In this document: positions 29,557-39,425 of the stretch, piece after piece
Layout: the number at the start of each line of letters is the position of its first letter
Position numbering within the stretch: the stretch's first letter is position 1
Source of the DNA: Candidatus Oxydemutatoraceae bacterium
GTDB taxonomy: Bacteria; Pseudomonadota; Gammaproteobacteria; Poriferisulfidales; Oxydemutatoraceae
DNA length: 64,000 nucleotides
Direction: 5' to 3'
NCBI GenBank assembly: GCA_965220085.1
Contig: CBDCOZ010000003.1
Span: 1,600,001-1,664,000 of the forward strand
The notes under the pieces: generated by a model
What the model was told of the DNA's origin: nothing
Database searches by the model: none
What the model saw: the letters and a program-made list of their open reading frames with translations, nothing else
Translations under genes and position numbers: made by a program

Positions 29557-30171
29557 CTAGGTTAATTTGCCGCAGCAGTTCTTGTATTTCTTGCCGCTGC
29601 CGCACGGGCACAACTGGTTGCGCCGCACCATCGTGGTCGCGCCGATCTTCTCCCGCCGGTTGGCGGCAAGTCTCTCGGCGTAATCCACGCCGCCCATCGG
29701 CGGCGCGCGAAAAGAAAAAAGGGTCTTGCTGTCCTTGTGAGAAATGCTGATATCGCCCTGCCGTATGACATCCATGCCGACCACACAATCGGCCCGGCCA
29801 TTGACCAGAGAAGTATCCATCACACCGGCATCTCGCACCGTAACACGCATCTTATTGGGGAAATACATATCCACCGAATACAATTCCTCGCCGTTGCCCG
29901 ATGCGGGTTTCGGTTCCAAGCCCAACTCGTCTATCACTCTGCCGGAAATCTGCGAACGATTCGCCGCGGTACTCCACACCGATTGGTAACGCCGGACAAG
30001 CTCTCTCGCCAACTTACGGCCCGGCAACTGTGCCGGCGCGACGCCAATTTCAAATATGATGACCGGCATCGGAGCGCTTGCATGTATCGTGAATGCGCTT
30101 GAAAAAGGGCTCTCTTCCGGTTTGTCTTGCCGCTTTTTATTGGCTTTGCTTTTGCTGTCCGATTTTTTCAT
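29557..30171 (-). CDS. Retropepsin-like domain plus C-terminal SEC-C motif protein (start uncertain)
   Basis: RNQLCPCGSGKKYKNCCG; VWSTAA...LGL...VVGMDVI pattern of the clan AA fold. Confidence 0.7.
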   Translation of the reverse strand: MKKSDSKSKANKKRQDKPEESPFSSAFTIHASAPMPVIIFEIGVAPAQLPGRKLARELVRRYQSVWSTAANRSQISGRVIDELGLEPKPASGNGEELYSVDMYFPNKMRVTVRDAGVMDTSLVNGRADCVVGMDVIRQGDISISHKDSKTLFSFRAPPMGGVDYAERLAANRREKIGATTMVRRNQLCPCGSGKKYKNCCGKLT

Positions 30172-30814
30172 AGTCGCTGAGAAATTTCTCAAGGCCGGCA
30201 TCGGTCAGCGGATGTTTAAACATGGCATCCAGCACCGCCGGCGGACAACTCGCCACATCGGCCCCGGCGAGCGCACACTCGGTGACATGTTGCGCGCTGC
30301 GAATCGATGCCGCCAGAACTTGCGCCCGCAGATCATAATTGGCAAATGCCAAAGTGATATCATCGACCAAACCCACCCCGGATTCTTCGTTGTCATCCAA
30401 GCGTCCGACAAAAGGCGACACATATGTCGCGCCCGCTTTCGCCGCCAGCAAAGCTTGGGACACAGAAAAAATCAAAGTGCAGTTGGTCCTGATGCCTTCT
30501 TTTGTCAACGCGCAGATCGCGCGCACTCCTTGCGGCAACATCGGTATCTTGACCACAATCCGGGGATGGATGGCGGCCAATTCGCGCCCCTCATCGAGCA
30601 TCGCCCGATACTCGGTGCCGATCACTTCGGCGGATACGTCTCCGCCGTCAAGCTCTTCGCATATCGCCAGATAGCGGCCCCGAATATCCCGCTGCGTGCG
30701 CAATGCGCTCTCTTTTGCCAGAAGGCTCGGATTCGTTGTCACACCGTCGAGTATTCCGGTCCGATTGATACGCGCGATCTCCGCAAGGCTGGCGCTGTCG
30801 ATAAATAATTTCAT
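30137..30814 (-). CDS. Transaldolase/fructose-6-phosphate aldolase family (short type)
   Basis: LFIDSA, GVTTNPSL, VVKIP, NCTLIFS, YVSPFVGRLDD, LAASIR, HPLTDAGL. Confidence 0.94.
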   Translation of the reverse strand: MKLFIDSASLAEIARINRTGILDGVTTNPSLLAKESALRTQRDIRGRYLAICEELDGGDVSAEVIGTEYRAMLDEGRELAAIHPRIVVKIPMLPQGVRAICALTKEGIRTNCTLIFSVSQALLAAKAGATYVSPFVGRLDDNEESGVGLVDDITLAFANYDLRAQVLAASIRSAQHVTECALAGADVASCPPAVLDAMFKHPLTDAGLEKFLSDYEKIGQQKQSQ

Positions 30815-32046
30815 CGGCTCTTGTTCTCGATGGCGGTCAATTTAACCGGGCACGACGACAGGCCGCTCTGGCGGCGCAGGATCGAGCGCCCCAGTTGGGG
30901 ATTGCTGAAATGGGAAGGCAGTATCGCATAGCCATTGTCCTGCCATTCCTCGAGTGTCGGACCGTTAAATGTGCAATGCGAATTCTCGGTCTCGTAGATA
31001 TTAATTTCCGTCAACGACGGGATGTAGTCAAGCAAGCGTTGCCACGCATAGACACTCAGCAATTCGGTACTCGAGCGCCAACTCAACGACGGGTCTGCCA
31101 GATTCAAGTGCGCGTGATCAAGCGAATTGACAACCCGCTTTTTAAGCGTCGCTTTGAGATAGGCATAGTCGGTTACAAACCCGGTATAAGGATCAATACG
31201 ATCGGTTACCGTAACGATCAGGTTGTAACGCCCGCCGTGCATATTGGAACAAGCTCCCGGGTGATCGGTTATGAAATGCGCCGAGTCAAAACTCACCTCT
31301 TTGGTAACCGATGCCATCGGCGTATCTTCATAGAGGTGTTCGTGAGCGTGCGGAATCTCATTGACATACGAGCGTATGAAACTCAGGAAACAGTTTGCAT
31401 CATCGATCGTCTCGGTGCGGAAAAATGCCTGATTATCAATAGCTTCCAGCTCCACAAAGGACACCTTGAATTCCTTTTCTGCGGCCATTTTCCATTGTTG
31501 TCCTTGCTCGCGATTCGCAAAAGGCACAAAGATATAACCAGCGCTTAAAAAAGAGCCGACAGCCGCTATGACCGATGTGAAATGCAGCAAATCGACCGAA
31601 GAAAAACGTGTCGGATCGGCCGGGCCATGGTCGATGTTAGCGGCGCGCGCCCTTAAACAGTTCCGCGCGACCACACGGTGGCTGGCAGCGGTAAACAGAT
31701 ACTCTTGACGGAAGACAAAACCATGCGCTTTGACCTGCCGCAACAGCCACAGCAACTGATCAAGCCGCCTCACCTCGCCGGGAATTTCAACAAAGTCGCC
31801 CTTGACTCGCAACATGCCGGCCGCGTCTATCGCGCTCAAAACCAAACGCGCGCGGGGCGACGGAGCAAGCGCAATCTCCGGGTAGTCGGCAATATCCGCG
31901 ACCGGGTTCAACAAGCGCTCGGGAATAATAATATCGAGCGGCAAGCGATGCCGCAACGCGTACTCCTGCAACGTCAGTCCGCAACAATCGATCAAGTGTT
32001 CGCTCGTCAGCTCATTCAAAGAGCTTCCGCATTCAAGGCATTTCAC
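30811..32046 (-). CDS. Fusion protein: N-terminal Zn-finger-like region, unknown (LAGLIDADG-like?) middle region and C-terminal QueD/PTPS domain
   Basis: C-terminal FDSAH..GACSNMHG..DPYTGFVTDY..LDHAHLN..STE..YET is collinear with QueD; N-terminal CLECG..HL..GLTLQEY..LP. Confidence 0.75.
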   Translation of the reverse strand: MKCLECGSSLNELTSEHLIDCCGLTLQEYALRHRLPLDIIIPERLLNPVADIADYPEIALAPSPRARLVLSAIDAAGMLRVKGDFVEIPGEVRRLDQLLWLLRQVKAHGFVFRQEYLFTAASHRVVARNCLRARAANIDHGPADPTRFSSVDLLHFTSVIAAVGSFLSAGYIFVPFANREQGQQWKMAAEKEFKVSFVELEAIDNQAFFRTETIDDANCFLSFIRSYVNEIPHAHEHLYEDTPMASVTKEVSFDSAHFITDHPGACSNMHGGRYNLIVTVTDRIDPYTGFVTDYAYLKATLKKRVVNSLDHAHLNLADPSLSWRSSTELLSVYAWQRLLDYIPSLTEINIYETENSHCTFNGPTLEEWQDNGYAILPSHFSNPQLGRSILRRQSGLSSCPVKLTAIENKSR

Positions 32047-32133
32047 CGCTCTTGTCCCCCATTTCTATGGCTATACATGCCGCCTATTTTGTAACAAGCG
32101 CCGCAATCATACAAGCAAAACACTATGCGACGC

Positions 32134-33423
32134 CTACGCAGTCAATACCGGCCCATATCCGGTATTCTCATAAGCCCGCTTCTGAAAACGGCGCAGCAGA
32201 ATATCGTCCGCTAACTCAAAACGCATAAACCACCCTTTGCCGGGCTCATAATGCTCTTCAAAAACAGTGCCATTGCGGTATAAAAACGAGCGCAAATCGG
32301 CCGTAGCCTCGGGCACACATAATTGGCATATCCGGCGCGCGGATGATATCCGTTCCGCAATCGCCCGCTTCAGCAAATCCAAACCGTCGCCGGCGATAGC
32401 GGATACATATGCCGCCGTTATCTTGTTATCCGCTCCGCGTTCGATGCGCGCGGGAAGGCCGACGCGGTCTATCTTATTGAATACCGTGATAACGGGAATC
32501 TCATCGGCGCCGACTATGGATAACACGCGGTTTACTTCCCGGCGTTGCTCAAACCTCTGTTCCGCCGAGGCGTCTTCTACGCGCAAGATCAAATCCGATT
32601 CGCAAATCTCAAGCAGCGTCGCATTAAAAGCATCTATCAGCTGATGCGGAAGATCACGGATAAAACCGACGGTATCGCTCAGCAACAAACTCAAGTTCTG
32701 TGCGCCGAATTTGCGCACCGTCGGATCGAGTGTCGCAAACAGGCGTCCGCTGCTAACGACATCCGCGTCGGTTATCGCATTGAATAGGGTCGACTTGCCG
32801 GCGTTGGTGTAACCGACCAGCGAAACAGACGGCAACAAGTGCCGGCCTCGCTTGCGACGCCGCTGGTTACGTTGATGTTTGATCTTCTCCAGTTGCGCGG
32901 CGAGCGCTTTGACCCGGCGACGTAACAAACGGCGGTCGGTTTCCAACTGCTTTTCGCCGGGACCGCGCAAACCGATGCCGCCTTTCTGTCGCTCCAAGTG
33001 GGTCCAAGTGCGTACCAGACGGGTCGATAAATACTCGAGTTGCGCGAACTCAACCTGCAATTTCCCCTCGTGTGATTGCGCGCGTTGCGCAAAGATATCA
33101 AGGATCAACGCCGTGCGATCGAGTATGCGCGCTTTGATGCGCCCCTCAAGGTTGCGAATTTGCCGCGGATTGAGCTCGCAATCAATCACCGCCAAAGACA
33201 CGCCTGTCTCTTCGACCATCGCGCGCAGCTCTTCGGATTTTCCGCGCCCGATAAAATACGTCGGGTTCGCGGCAGGATTGCCGCAATATAAGACACCCCG
33301 CTCCTCGATCCCGGCGGATACGGCCAACTCAATAAACTCTCTCTCATACGGCGGATAATTGTGCGAGCCGATTCGGGTCAAGACCAAGACAGCGGCGGTC
33401 GTATCACTCGTCGCATTAGTCAT
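32134..33423 (-). CDS. hflX: GTPase HflX
   Basis: LDRTALILDIFAQRA, GPGEKQLETDRR, VGYTNAGKSTLFN, LFATLDPT, DTVGFI. Confidence 0.97.
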   Translation of the reverse strand: MTNATSDTTAAVLVLTRIGSHNYPPYEREFIELAVSAGIEERGVLYCGNPAANPTYFIGRGKSEELRAMVEETGVSLAVIDCELNPRQIRNLEGRIKARILDRTALILDIFAQRAQSHEGKLQVEFAQLEYLSTRLVRTWTHLERQKGGIGLRGPGEKQLETDRRLLRRRVKALAAQLEKIKHQRNQRRRKRGRHLLPSVSLVGYTNAGKSTLFNAITDADVVSSGRLFATLDPTVRKFGAQNLSLLLSDTVGFIRDLPHQLIDAFNATLLEICESDLILRVEDASAEQRFEQRREVNRVLSIVGADEIPVITVFNKIDRVGLPARIERGADNKITAAYVSAIAGDGLDLLKRAIAERISSARRICQLCVPEATADLRSFLYRNGTVFEEHYEPGKGWFMRFELADDILLRRFQKRAYENTGYGPVLTA

Positions 33424-34063
33424 CGCGCTTCGCTCCTTCCGCGCATTCCCACAGCGCGCGGATGGCGGCAATGCCTTGCGCTCCGTATTGCCGGCTACAT
33501 TGCGCGGCATCTTTATCCATACCGCCGATCGCATAAACGGGCAACTTTATGCGGGCGACTATCCGCGCAAAATGATGCCACCCTATTGGCGCTGTTTGCG
33601 GGTGACTGGCGCTGCGTCGCACCGGCCCCAAAGTGACAAAATCAGCCCCTAGCCGCTCGGCCTGACGCAATTCGTCCGGGTTATGACACGAAGCGGCAAA
33701 CCACAGCGAATTCGCTACCGGGCGCTTCTGACAACGCATCAATTCAAACGCGCTCAAATGGATGCCCGCAGCCCGTGACACAGGCAGGAGATGCAGGCGA
33801 TTGTGCGCCAAGACCTCGGCATTCTTTTTTGCGGCTTCCGTTATCAGGTTCCGCAGCACATCCAGATAGTCATCATCGCTGAGCCGATAGTCACGAAAGA
33901 CCGCCAGACTGACATCATCGCGCAGACTGTTTGCAAAATGCGACACAAAGCCGCGCTTCGCATCTCTGTCCGCCAAGCAAGGGGTCACAAGGTAATAGGG
34001 CGGCAGTGGCAAGATATTTTGGTCGCGCGGCGCGGAAGCGGTATTAACTGCGGTATTCGGCAT
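33416..34063 (-). CDS. Thiamine-phosphate synthase (TMP-TENI)-like domain protein
   Basis: GIHL, AASCHNPDEL, GADFVTLGPV..SASHP, PVYAIGGM, GAQGIAAIRALW. Confidence 0.85.
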   Translation of the reverse strand: MPNTAVNTASAPRDQNILPLPPYYLVTPCLADRDAKRGFVSHFANSLRDDVSLAVFRDYRLSDDDYLDVLRNLITEAAKKNAEVLAHNRLHLLPVSRAAGIHLSAFELMRCQKRPVANSLWFAASCHNPDELRQAERLGADFVTLGPVRRSASHPQTAPIGWHHFARIVARIKLPVYAIGGMDKDAAQCSRQYGAQGIAAIRALWECAEGAKRDD

Positions 34064-35255
34064 TGATCTTGATATATTCCTCGGTCAGGTCGCAGGTCCA
34101 GACGACGCTATCGCTATCGCCGCGCGCCAGCGTTATCCGAATCACAATTTCATCTCCGGACATGGCTTGTTTGGCGACGGACTCATCATAACCCGCCGCA
34201 ACCATACCGCGCTCAAACACACAATGATCGCCGATCGAACAACACACCTTGGACATGTCGAGCGCGATCGGACAACGCCCGAGCGCGGCAATGATGCGTC
34301 CCCAGTTGGGATCGCCCGCAAAACACGCTGTCTTAACCAGCGGCGATGCGGCGATAGTGCGCGCAACCGTGCGCGCCTCTTCGCCGGAAGCGGCTTGGCT
34401 CACCCGTATCTCGATCAAACGGCTGGCCCCTTCGCCGTCGCGGGCGATCGATTGCGCCAAGCGACACATCAGGTCGTCCAACGCCGCGCCCGCCCGCTGT
34501 TTCTCCGCAGCGCCCAAATCATCGTAGGCGATGCCCGATTGCCCTGTCGCAATCAGCACACAAGCATCATTGCTCGAGGTGTCGCCATCCACCGTGACGG
34601 AGTGGAAAGAGCGGTCGCAAGCGGCGCGCAGCAGTTGCGTCAGAACCTGTCGCTCTATGGCGATATCCGTAGCGACGAAAGCCAGCATGGTCGCCATATC
34701 CGGATGAATCATTCCGCTGCCTTTTGCAATCCCGGAAATCGTCACTTCGCCTTGCGGCAGTTTGACACGACAGCTTTCATACTTCGCAAATGTATCCGTT
34801 GTCATGATCGCATCAGCCGCCGCGCGCCAATTATCGGCATCCAGACCGCGGCATAGCCGCGGCAAAGTCTTTATGATTTTCTCTGCCGGCAGCGCTTCGC
34901 CGATGACACCGGTTGAAAACGGCAACACTTGCCGCTGTGACACCGCGGCCTGCTCAGCCAACTCGGCACAACATTGTCGCGCCGCATCTATCCCGGCTTC
35001 GCCGAGCCCGGCATTGGCGCAGCCGGAATTGATCAAAAGATATCGCGGCGCCGCGGCGCGCAGGTGTTGTTGCGCAACCGCGATCGGGGCGGCCTTAAAA
35101 TGGTTTTGCGTAAATACCGCCGCCAGCGCAGCCCCTTTGCAGAGTTCTATCAAAGCGAGATCATTGCGCCCGCGGTAACGGATGCCGGAGGCCGCGGCGG
35201 CAAGGCGCGTCCCTTTGACCGCAAGCACATCCCGCCGATCGCCTGTGCCGGCCAT
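34044..35255 (-). CDS. argJ: Bifunctional ornithine acetyltransferase ArgJ
   Basis: NSGCANA, STGVIG, IMTTDT, AKGSGMIHPDMATML, DGDTSSND, DGEGA, DPNWGR, INAEYRS. Confidence 0.97.
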   Translation of the reverse strand: MAGTGDRRDVLAVKGTRLAAAASGIRYRGRNDLALIELCKGAALAAVFTQNHFKAAPIAVAQQHLRAAAPRYLLINSGCANAGLGEAGIDAARQCCAELAEQAAVSQRQVLPFSTGVIGEALPAEKIIKTLPRLCRGLDADNWRAAADAIMTTDTFAKYESCRVKLPQGEVTISGIAKGSGMIHPDMATMLAFVATDIAIERQVLTQLLRAACDRSFHSVTVDGDTSSNDACVLIATGQSGIAYDDLGAAEKQRAGAALDDLMCRLAQSIARDGEGASRLIEIRVSQAASGEEARTVARTIAASPLVKTACFAGDPNWGRIIAALGRCPIALDMSKVCCSIGDHCVFERGMVAAGYDESVAKQAMSGDEIVIRITLARGDSDSVVWTCDLTEEYIKINAEYRS

Positions 35256-37984
35256 TACGATGCTTTCCTCATGCAACAACGCTTATATTTCTTGCCCGAA
35301 CCGCAGAAGCACGGATCATTGCGTCCTAACTTCGGGTGTTTTCTCCGAACCGTCTCGGGCTTGGCGGGCCGCGCGGCTTTCTGCGCGCCGCTCGGTTGCA
35401 ACGGCATGTCGGAAGCGGCGGACGGCGGGCGCAGCACATCCGCCGGCGGCGCGTGTTGATAGCCGAGGTCCTTCGTATCCAATGATGGCGCGGCGCTCTC
35501 CTTCTCCGGCAAGGCATCGATCCTCAAATGCGCCAGTTGCACGATCAGTTCATGACGGATGCGATCCAGCATGGCTTCAAACATCCCGAATGCTTCGCGC
35601 TTGTATTCCTGTTTGGGGTTCTTTTGCGCAAAACTGCGGAAGCCGATGCCGCGCCGCAAGTAATCGATCTGCATCAAATGTTCCTTCCAATTGCGATCCA
35701 ATGTTTGTAACATACACACGCTCTCAACCATCCGCATCTGTGATTTGTCTGCCTCCGCGCGCCGGTCGGCATATGCCGCATATACCTCTTGCAACACTTT
35801 TTCCTTCAGCGCGCCGCTGGTGATCTCAGGGTTGTCATCAAACCAGGAGGCAATCGGAACCTCCGTATTAAAATCACGCTTGAGCCGCTCGCTGAGGCCG
35901 TCAATATCCCACTCTTCGGCCTCCGATTGCGGAATATACCCGTTGACCAATGTCTCGACGACTTCCGACATGATCGTCTCGGTGCTGTCGCTGATGTCCT
36001 CCGATTGCATCAACTGAAGACGTTGATCATAGATGATGCGCCGTTGCTCGTTGATCACATCGTCATAGTCCAACAAATTCTTGCGAATGTCATAGTTGTA
36101 GGCTTCCACCTTGCGCTGCGCATTCTCAATCGCTTTGCTCACCCACGGGTGCTCGATCGCTTCGCCCTCTTCCATGCCGATGCGATCCATAATTGATTTG
36201 ACCTTGTCGCTGGCAAAGATACGCATCAGATTATCTTCCAGCGACAAATAGAACTGACTGGAGCCCGGATCTCCCTGACGCCCGGCGCGACCGCGCAGCT
36301 GATTGTCTATGCGCCGCGATTCGTGGCGCTCGGTGCCGATGATATGCAAGCCGCCCGCCTCCATCACTTGGCGGTGACGCGCCTGCCACCGCTTTCTTGC
36401 TTCCTCCTTATCCGCTTCCTCTTCCGCCTCGGCCAATTCCGCATCCAGCGAACCGCCGAGAATAATATCGGTGCCGCGCCCCGCCATATTGGTCGCGATG
36501 GTAACCACCGCCGGACGCCCGGCCTGAGCGATAATCCGCGACTCGGCCTCGTGGTGTTTGGCATTGAGCACCTGATGGCGGATACCTGCCTTTTTGAGCA
36601 AGGCGGACAGCAGTTCCGATGTTTCGATAGAGGCGGTTCCGACCAGCGCCGGCTGGCCTTTGCCGACACATCTTTTAATGTCCTCGACAATCGCTTGAAA
36701 CTTTTCGCCCTGAGTCAAATACACCAGATCCGACAAGTCATCGCGAATCATCTTCTTGTGAGTCGGCAACACCACCACTTCCAAATTGTAAATATCGTTC
36801 AATTCGTAGGCTTCGGTATCCGCCGTGCCGGTCATACCGGCAAGCTTTTCGTAAAGACGGAAGTAGTTTTGAAATGTGATCGATGCGAAAGTCTGATTCT
36901 CCGCCTCCACCCGCACGCCCTCTTTTGCCTCAATCGCCTGATGCAATCCGTCCGACCACCGCCGCCCCTCCATGACCCGGCCGGTAAACTCATCGACGAT
37001 CACCACTTTGCCGCCTCGGACTATGTAATCCACATTTTTCTTATACATAGCATTCGCGCGTAACGCCGAATTCACATGATGAAACAAGCCGATACGGCCC
37101 ATATCATAAAGACTTTCGCCCGGCTCCAACAATTGATTCTTTGCCAACAAATCCTCTATGTGCTGGTGGCCGCTTTCGGTGATCATGACCTGCCGCGATT
37201 TTTCGTCAACCGTATAATCTCCGCCATCGCCTTCTTCGCGCTCAAGCTTCAGAGGGCGCACCAGTTTATCGATCTGCGAATAAATAGCGGTGCCGCTTGC
37301 GCCCGGTCCCGATATGATCAGCGGCGTGCGCGCCTCGTCTATCAACACCGAGTCCACTTCGTCGATAATCGCATAATAGTGATTGCGCTGCGCCACCTCA
37401 TCCGGCGTCAATGCCATGTTGTCACGCAAGTAGTCAAATCCAAATTCATTATTGGTGCCGTAAACGATGTCGCTCTGATAGGCGGCATGTCGTTCGGCGG
37501 GTTTCAACCCCGAAACAATCACCCCGACCGACATGCCCAGATGCCGGTACACTTGCCCCATCCACTCGGCATCGCGGAGCGCCAGATAATCGTTCACCGT
37601 GACGACATGCACGCTTTTGCCGGTCAGCGCATTCAGATATGCCGGCATCGTCGCCACCAAAGTCTTGCCCTCGCCGGTGCTCATCTCGGCGACACATCCG
37701 CGATGCAAGACCATCCCCCCCATCAGTTGCACATCAAAAGGACGCATATCCAAAACGCGCCGCGCCGCCTCCCTGACAACGGCAAACGCTTCGGGCAGTA
37801 TGCGGTCGATAGCCTCGCCGTTTTGCAGCCGCGATTTGAACTCGCTTTGCTTGGCTTGCAGCGCGGAATCATCGAGCTGTTTGCACGCATCCTCAAGCGC
37901 ATTGATGCGGTTCACAGTTCCGCGGTATGTCTTTAGCAAGCGCTCATTACGCGATGGTAATAGCTTGCCAAGTAGTGTGCGCAT
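35255..37984 (-). CDS. secA: Preprotein translocase subunit SecA
   Basis: EMSTGEGKT, VTVNDYLA, DEVDSVLIDEARTPLIISG, ATNMAGRG, RHESRRIDNQLRGR, C-terminal SEC-C. Confidence 0.99.
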   Translation of the reverse strand: MRTLLGKLLPSRNERLLKTYRGTVNRINALEDACKQLDDSALQAKQSEFKSRLQNGEAIDRILPEAFAVVREAARRVLDMRPFDVQLMGGMVLHRGCVAEMSTGEGKTLVATMPAYLNALTGKSVHVVTVNDYLALRDAEWMGQVYRHLGMSVGVIVSGLKPAERHAAYQSDIVYGTNNEFGFDYLRDNMALTPDEVAQRNHYYAIIDEVDSVLIDEARTPLIISGPGASGTAIYSQIDKLVRPLKLEREEGDGGDYTVDEKSRQVMITESGHQHIEDLLAKNQLLEPGESLYDMGRIGLFHHVNSALRANAMYKKNVDYIVRGGKVVIVDEFTGRVMEGRRWSDGLHQAIEAKEGVRVEAENQTFASITFQNYFRLYEKLAGMTGTADTEAYELNDIYNLEVVVLPTHKKMIRDDLSDLVYLTQGEKFQAIVEDIKRCVGKGQPALVGTASIETSELLSALLKKAGIRHQVLNAKHHEAESRIIAQAGRPAVVTIATNMAGRGTDIILGGSLDAELAEAEEEADKEEARKRWQARHRQVMEAGGLHIIGTERHESRRIDNQLRGRAGRQGDPGSSQFYLSLEDNLMRIFASDKVKSIMDRIGMEEGEAIEHPWVSKAIENAQRKVEAYNYDIRKNLLDYDDVINEQRRIIYDQRLQLMQSEDISDSTETIMSEVVETLVNGYIPQSEAEEWDIDGLSERLKRDFNTEVPIASWFDDNPEITSGALKEKVLQEVYAAYADRRAEADKSQMRMVESVCMLQTLDRNWKEHLMQIDYLRRGIGFRSFAQKNPKQEYKREAFGMFEAMLDRIRHELIVQLAHLRIDALPEKESAAPSLDTKDLGYQHAPPADVLRPPSAASDMPLQPSGAQKAARPAKPETVRRKHPKLGRNDPCFCGSGKKYKRCCMRKAS

Positions 37985-38009
37985 CAGAGGTACTGCCAAA
38001 AAACGCGGC

Positions 38010-39086
38010 CTATTTCTTGGAACCGAGCAAGAAAGGTTCGGGATTGATACGGCGTCCGTTCTTGATCACTTCAAAGTGAACATGGGGGCCGGTCGAACGC
38101 CCGGTGCTGCCGAGCAACGCAATCGGCTGGCCTTTTTTGATCATATCCCCTTTGTTAACGAGAACGCTTTGATTGTGCGCATACAAAGTGTGGTAGCCGT
38201 CAGCGTGCTTTATTTCGACAAAGTTGCCATAGTATTTGTGGCCTTCGACACGCTGTTCCACAATCCCGCTGGCGACCGCGCGCACCGGACTGCCTTGGCT
38301 GCCGGCAATATCAATGCCGCGATGAAACTCCCGGCGACCGGTAAAAGGACTGATCCGATGCGCATAACGCGACGAAATAATCCCCCGCGAAACAGGCCAG
38401 CCAAACGGCACCCGCTCGGCGCGCAGGTCGTGGCGCTTGAGCAGTTGCGACATCACCTCGAGCTTAAGCCGCGTGCTGTCTATGCGCGATTTGATCTTGC
38501 CGCTGACATCGCCGAGGCGGGTATATTCGCCGCCATCCGCTTCGTTCTCAAATACGCCGCCGACGCCGGGGTGATTGGAAAAATTTAACTCGGCGCTGCT
38601 GAGACCGTATTGTTCCAACAGATAATCGCCGAGCGCTTCCATCCGCGTGACTTGCGCTTGCATCAACGCGACCTTGCGCAGCAGTAATTCTTCTTCCGCT
38701 GCGCGCATCTGCCGGATATCGTCCAGAGTATCGGCATATTGGTAGACCCGCTCCCGCAGTTCGGCAATCTGCCGGGGATCCGATGTCATCGGCGCCACAT
38801 AATAGCCGCCGGCAAACGCTAACAGCGACATGCCGAGCGCCGCGCCGGTTATCCAATAATGATTCTTAATCCGCCGCAGCGGAATCGCGGCGCGCGAAAA
38901 AAGACGCTCGCCGCGTCGCGCATTGCGCCACAGTTTCAGCAAATCACGGCGCAGGAAAGCGGTTCCCAAAACAATCACTTCCCGCACATAGCCTTGGAGG
39001 TGTCCGCGCAATAAGCCATAATAGCGGCGCAGGTTGCCTAATAGCGGCAATACTCTCTGATGACATGTTAAAAAGAATTCGCGCAT
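38010..39086 (-). CDS. M23 family metallopeptidase (start uncertain, probably shorter)
   Basis: HRGID, YAH, TGRSTGPHVHFEV; usual lpxC-DUF721-M23-secA position. Confidence 0.9.
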   Translation of the reverse strand: MREFFLTCHQRVLPLLGNLRRYYGLLRGHLQGYVREVIVLGTAFLRRDLLKLWRNARRGERLFSRAAIPLRRIKNHYWITGAALGMSLLAFAGGYYVAPMTSDPRQIAELRERVYQYADTLDDIRQMRAAEEELLLRKVALMQAQVTRMEALGDYLLEQYGLSSAELNFSNHPGVGGVFENEADGGEYTRLGDVSGKIKSRIDSTRLKLEVMSQLLKRHDLRAERVPFGWPVSRGIISSRYAHRISPFTGRREFHRGIDIAGSQGSPVRAVASGIVEQRVEGHKYYGNFVEIKHADGYHTLYAHNQSVLVNKGDMIKKGQPIALLGSTGRSTGPHVHFEVIKNGRRINPEPFLLGSKK

Positions 39087-39388
39087 CTTCGTCCTATTTG
39101 TCCCCCAAACTCTTGGGCCGGATTAAACTGCTGGAAGCGATGACTGCCAGCGCGCGCAGTCGTCTGCCGCCGGATGTCGCGCGACACTGCTGGGTCGGAG
39201 GATTTGAGGAGAATGCCGTCACCCTCATAACCGATGACTCCGCATACGGCATTCACCTGCGCTGGCACCAGAAAGAAATACTGAAGCAACTGCGCGAAGA
39301 GTTCTCCCACAAGACCGGCAAGCGCTGGCGCAAAATACGCGTGCATGTGTCCCGCGAACCGATAGCAACAGATAGTAAAACGGTATGA
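39065..39388 (+). CDS. DUF721/DciA family protein
   Basis: Short ORF opposite in strand to its neighbours between lpxC and M23; LPPDVARHC..LITDDSAYGIHLR..EIL pattern. Confidence 0.7.
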   Translation: MLKRIRASSSYLSPKLLGRIKLLEAMTASARSRLPPDVARHCWVGGFEENAVTLITDDSAYGIHLRWHQKEILKQLREEFSHKTGKRWRKIRVHVSREPIATDSKTV

Positions 39389-39425
39389 TATTGAAACAGC
39401 GAGGGCTCGCCATATCTGTCAATTC

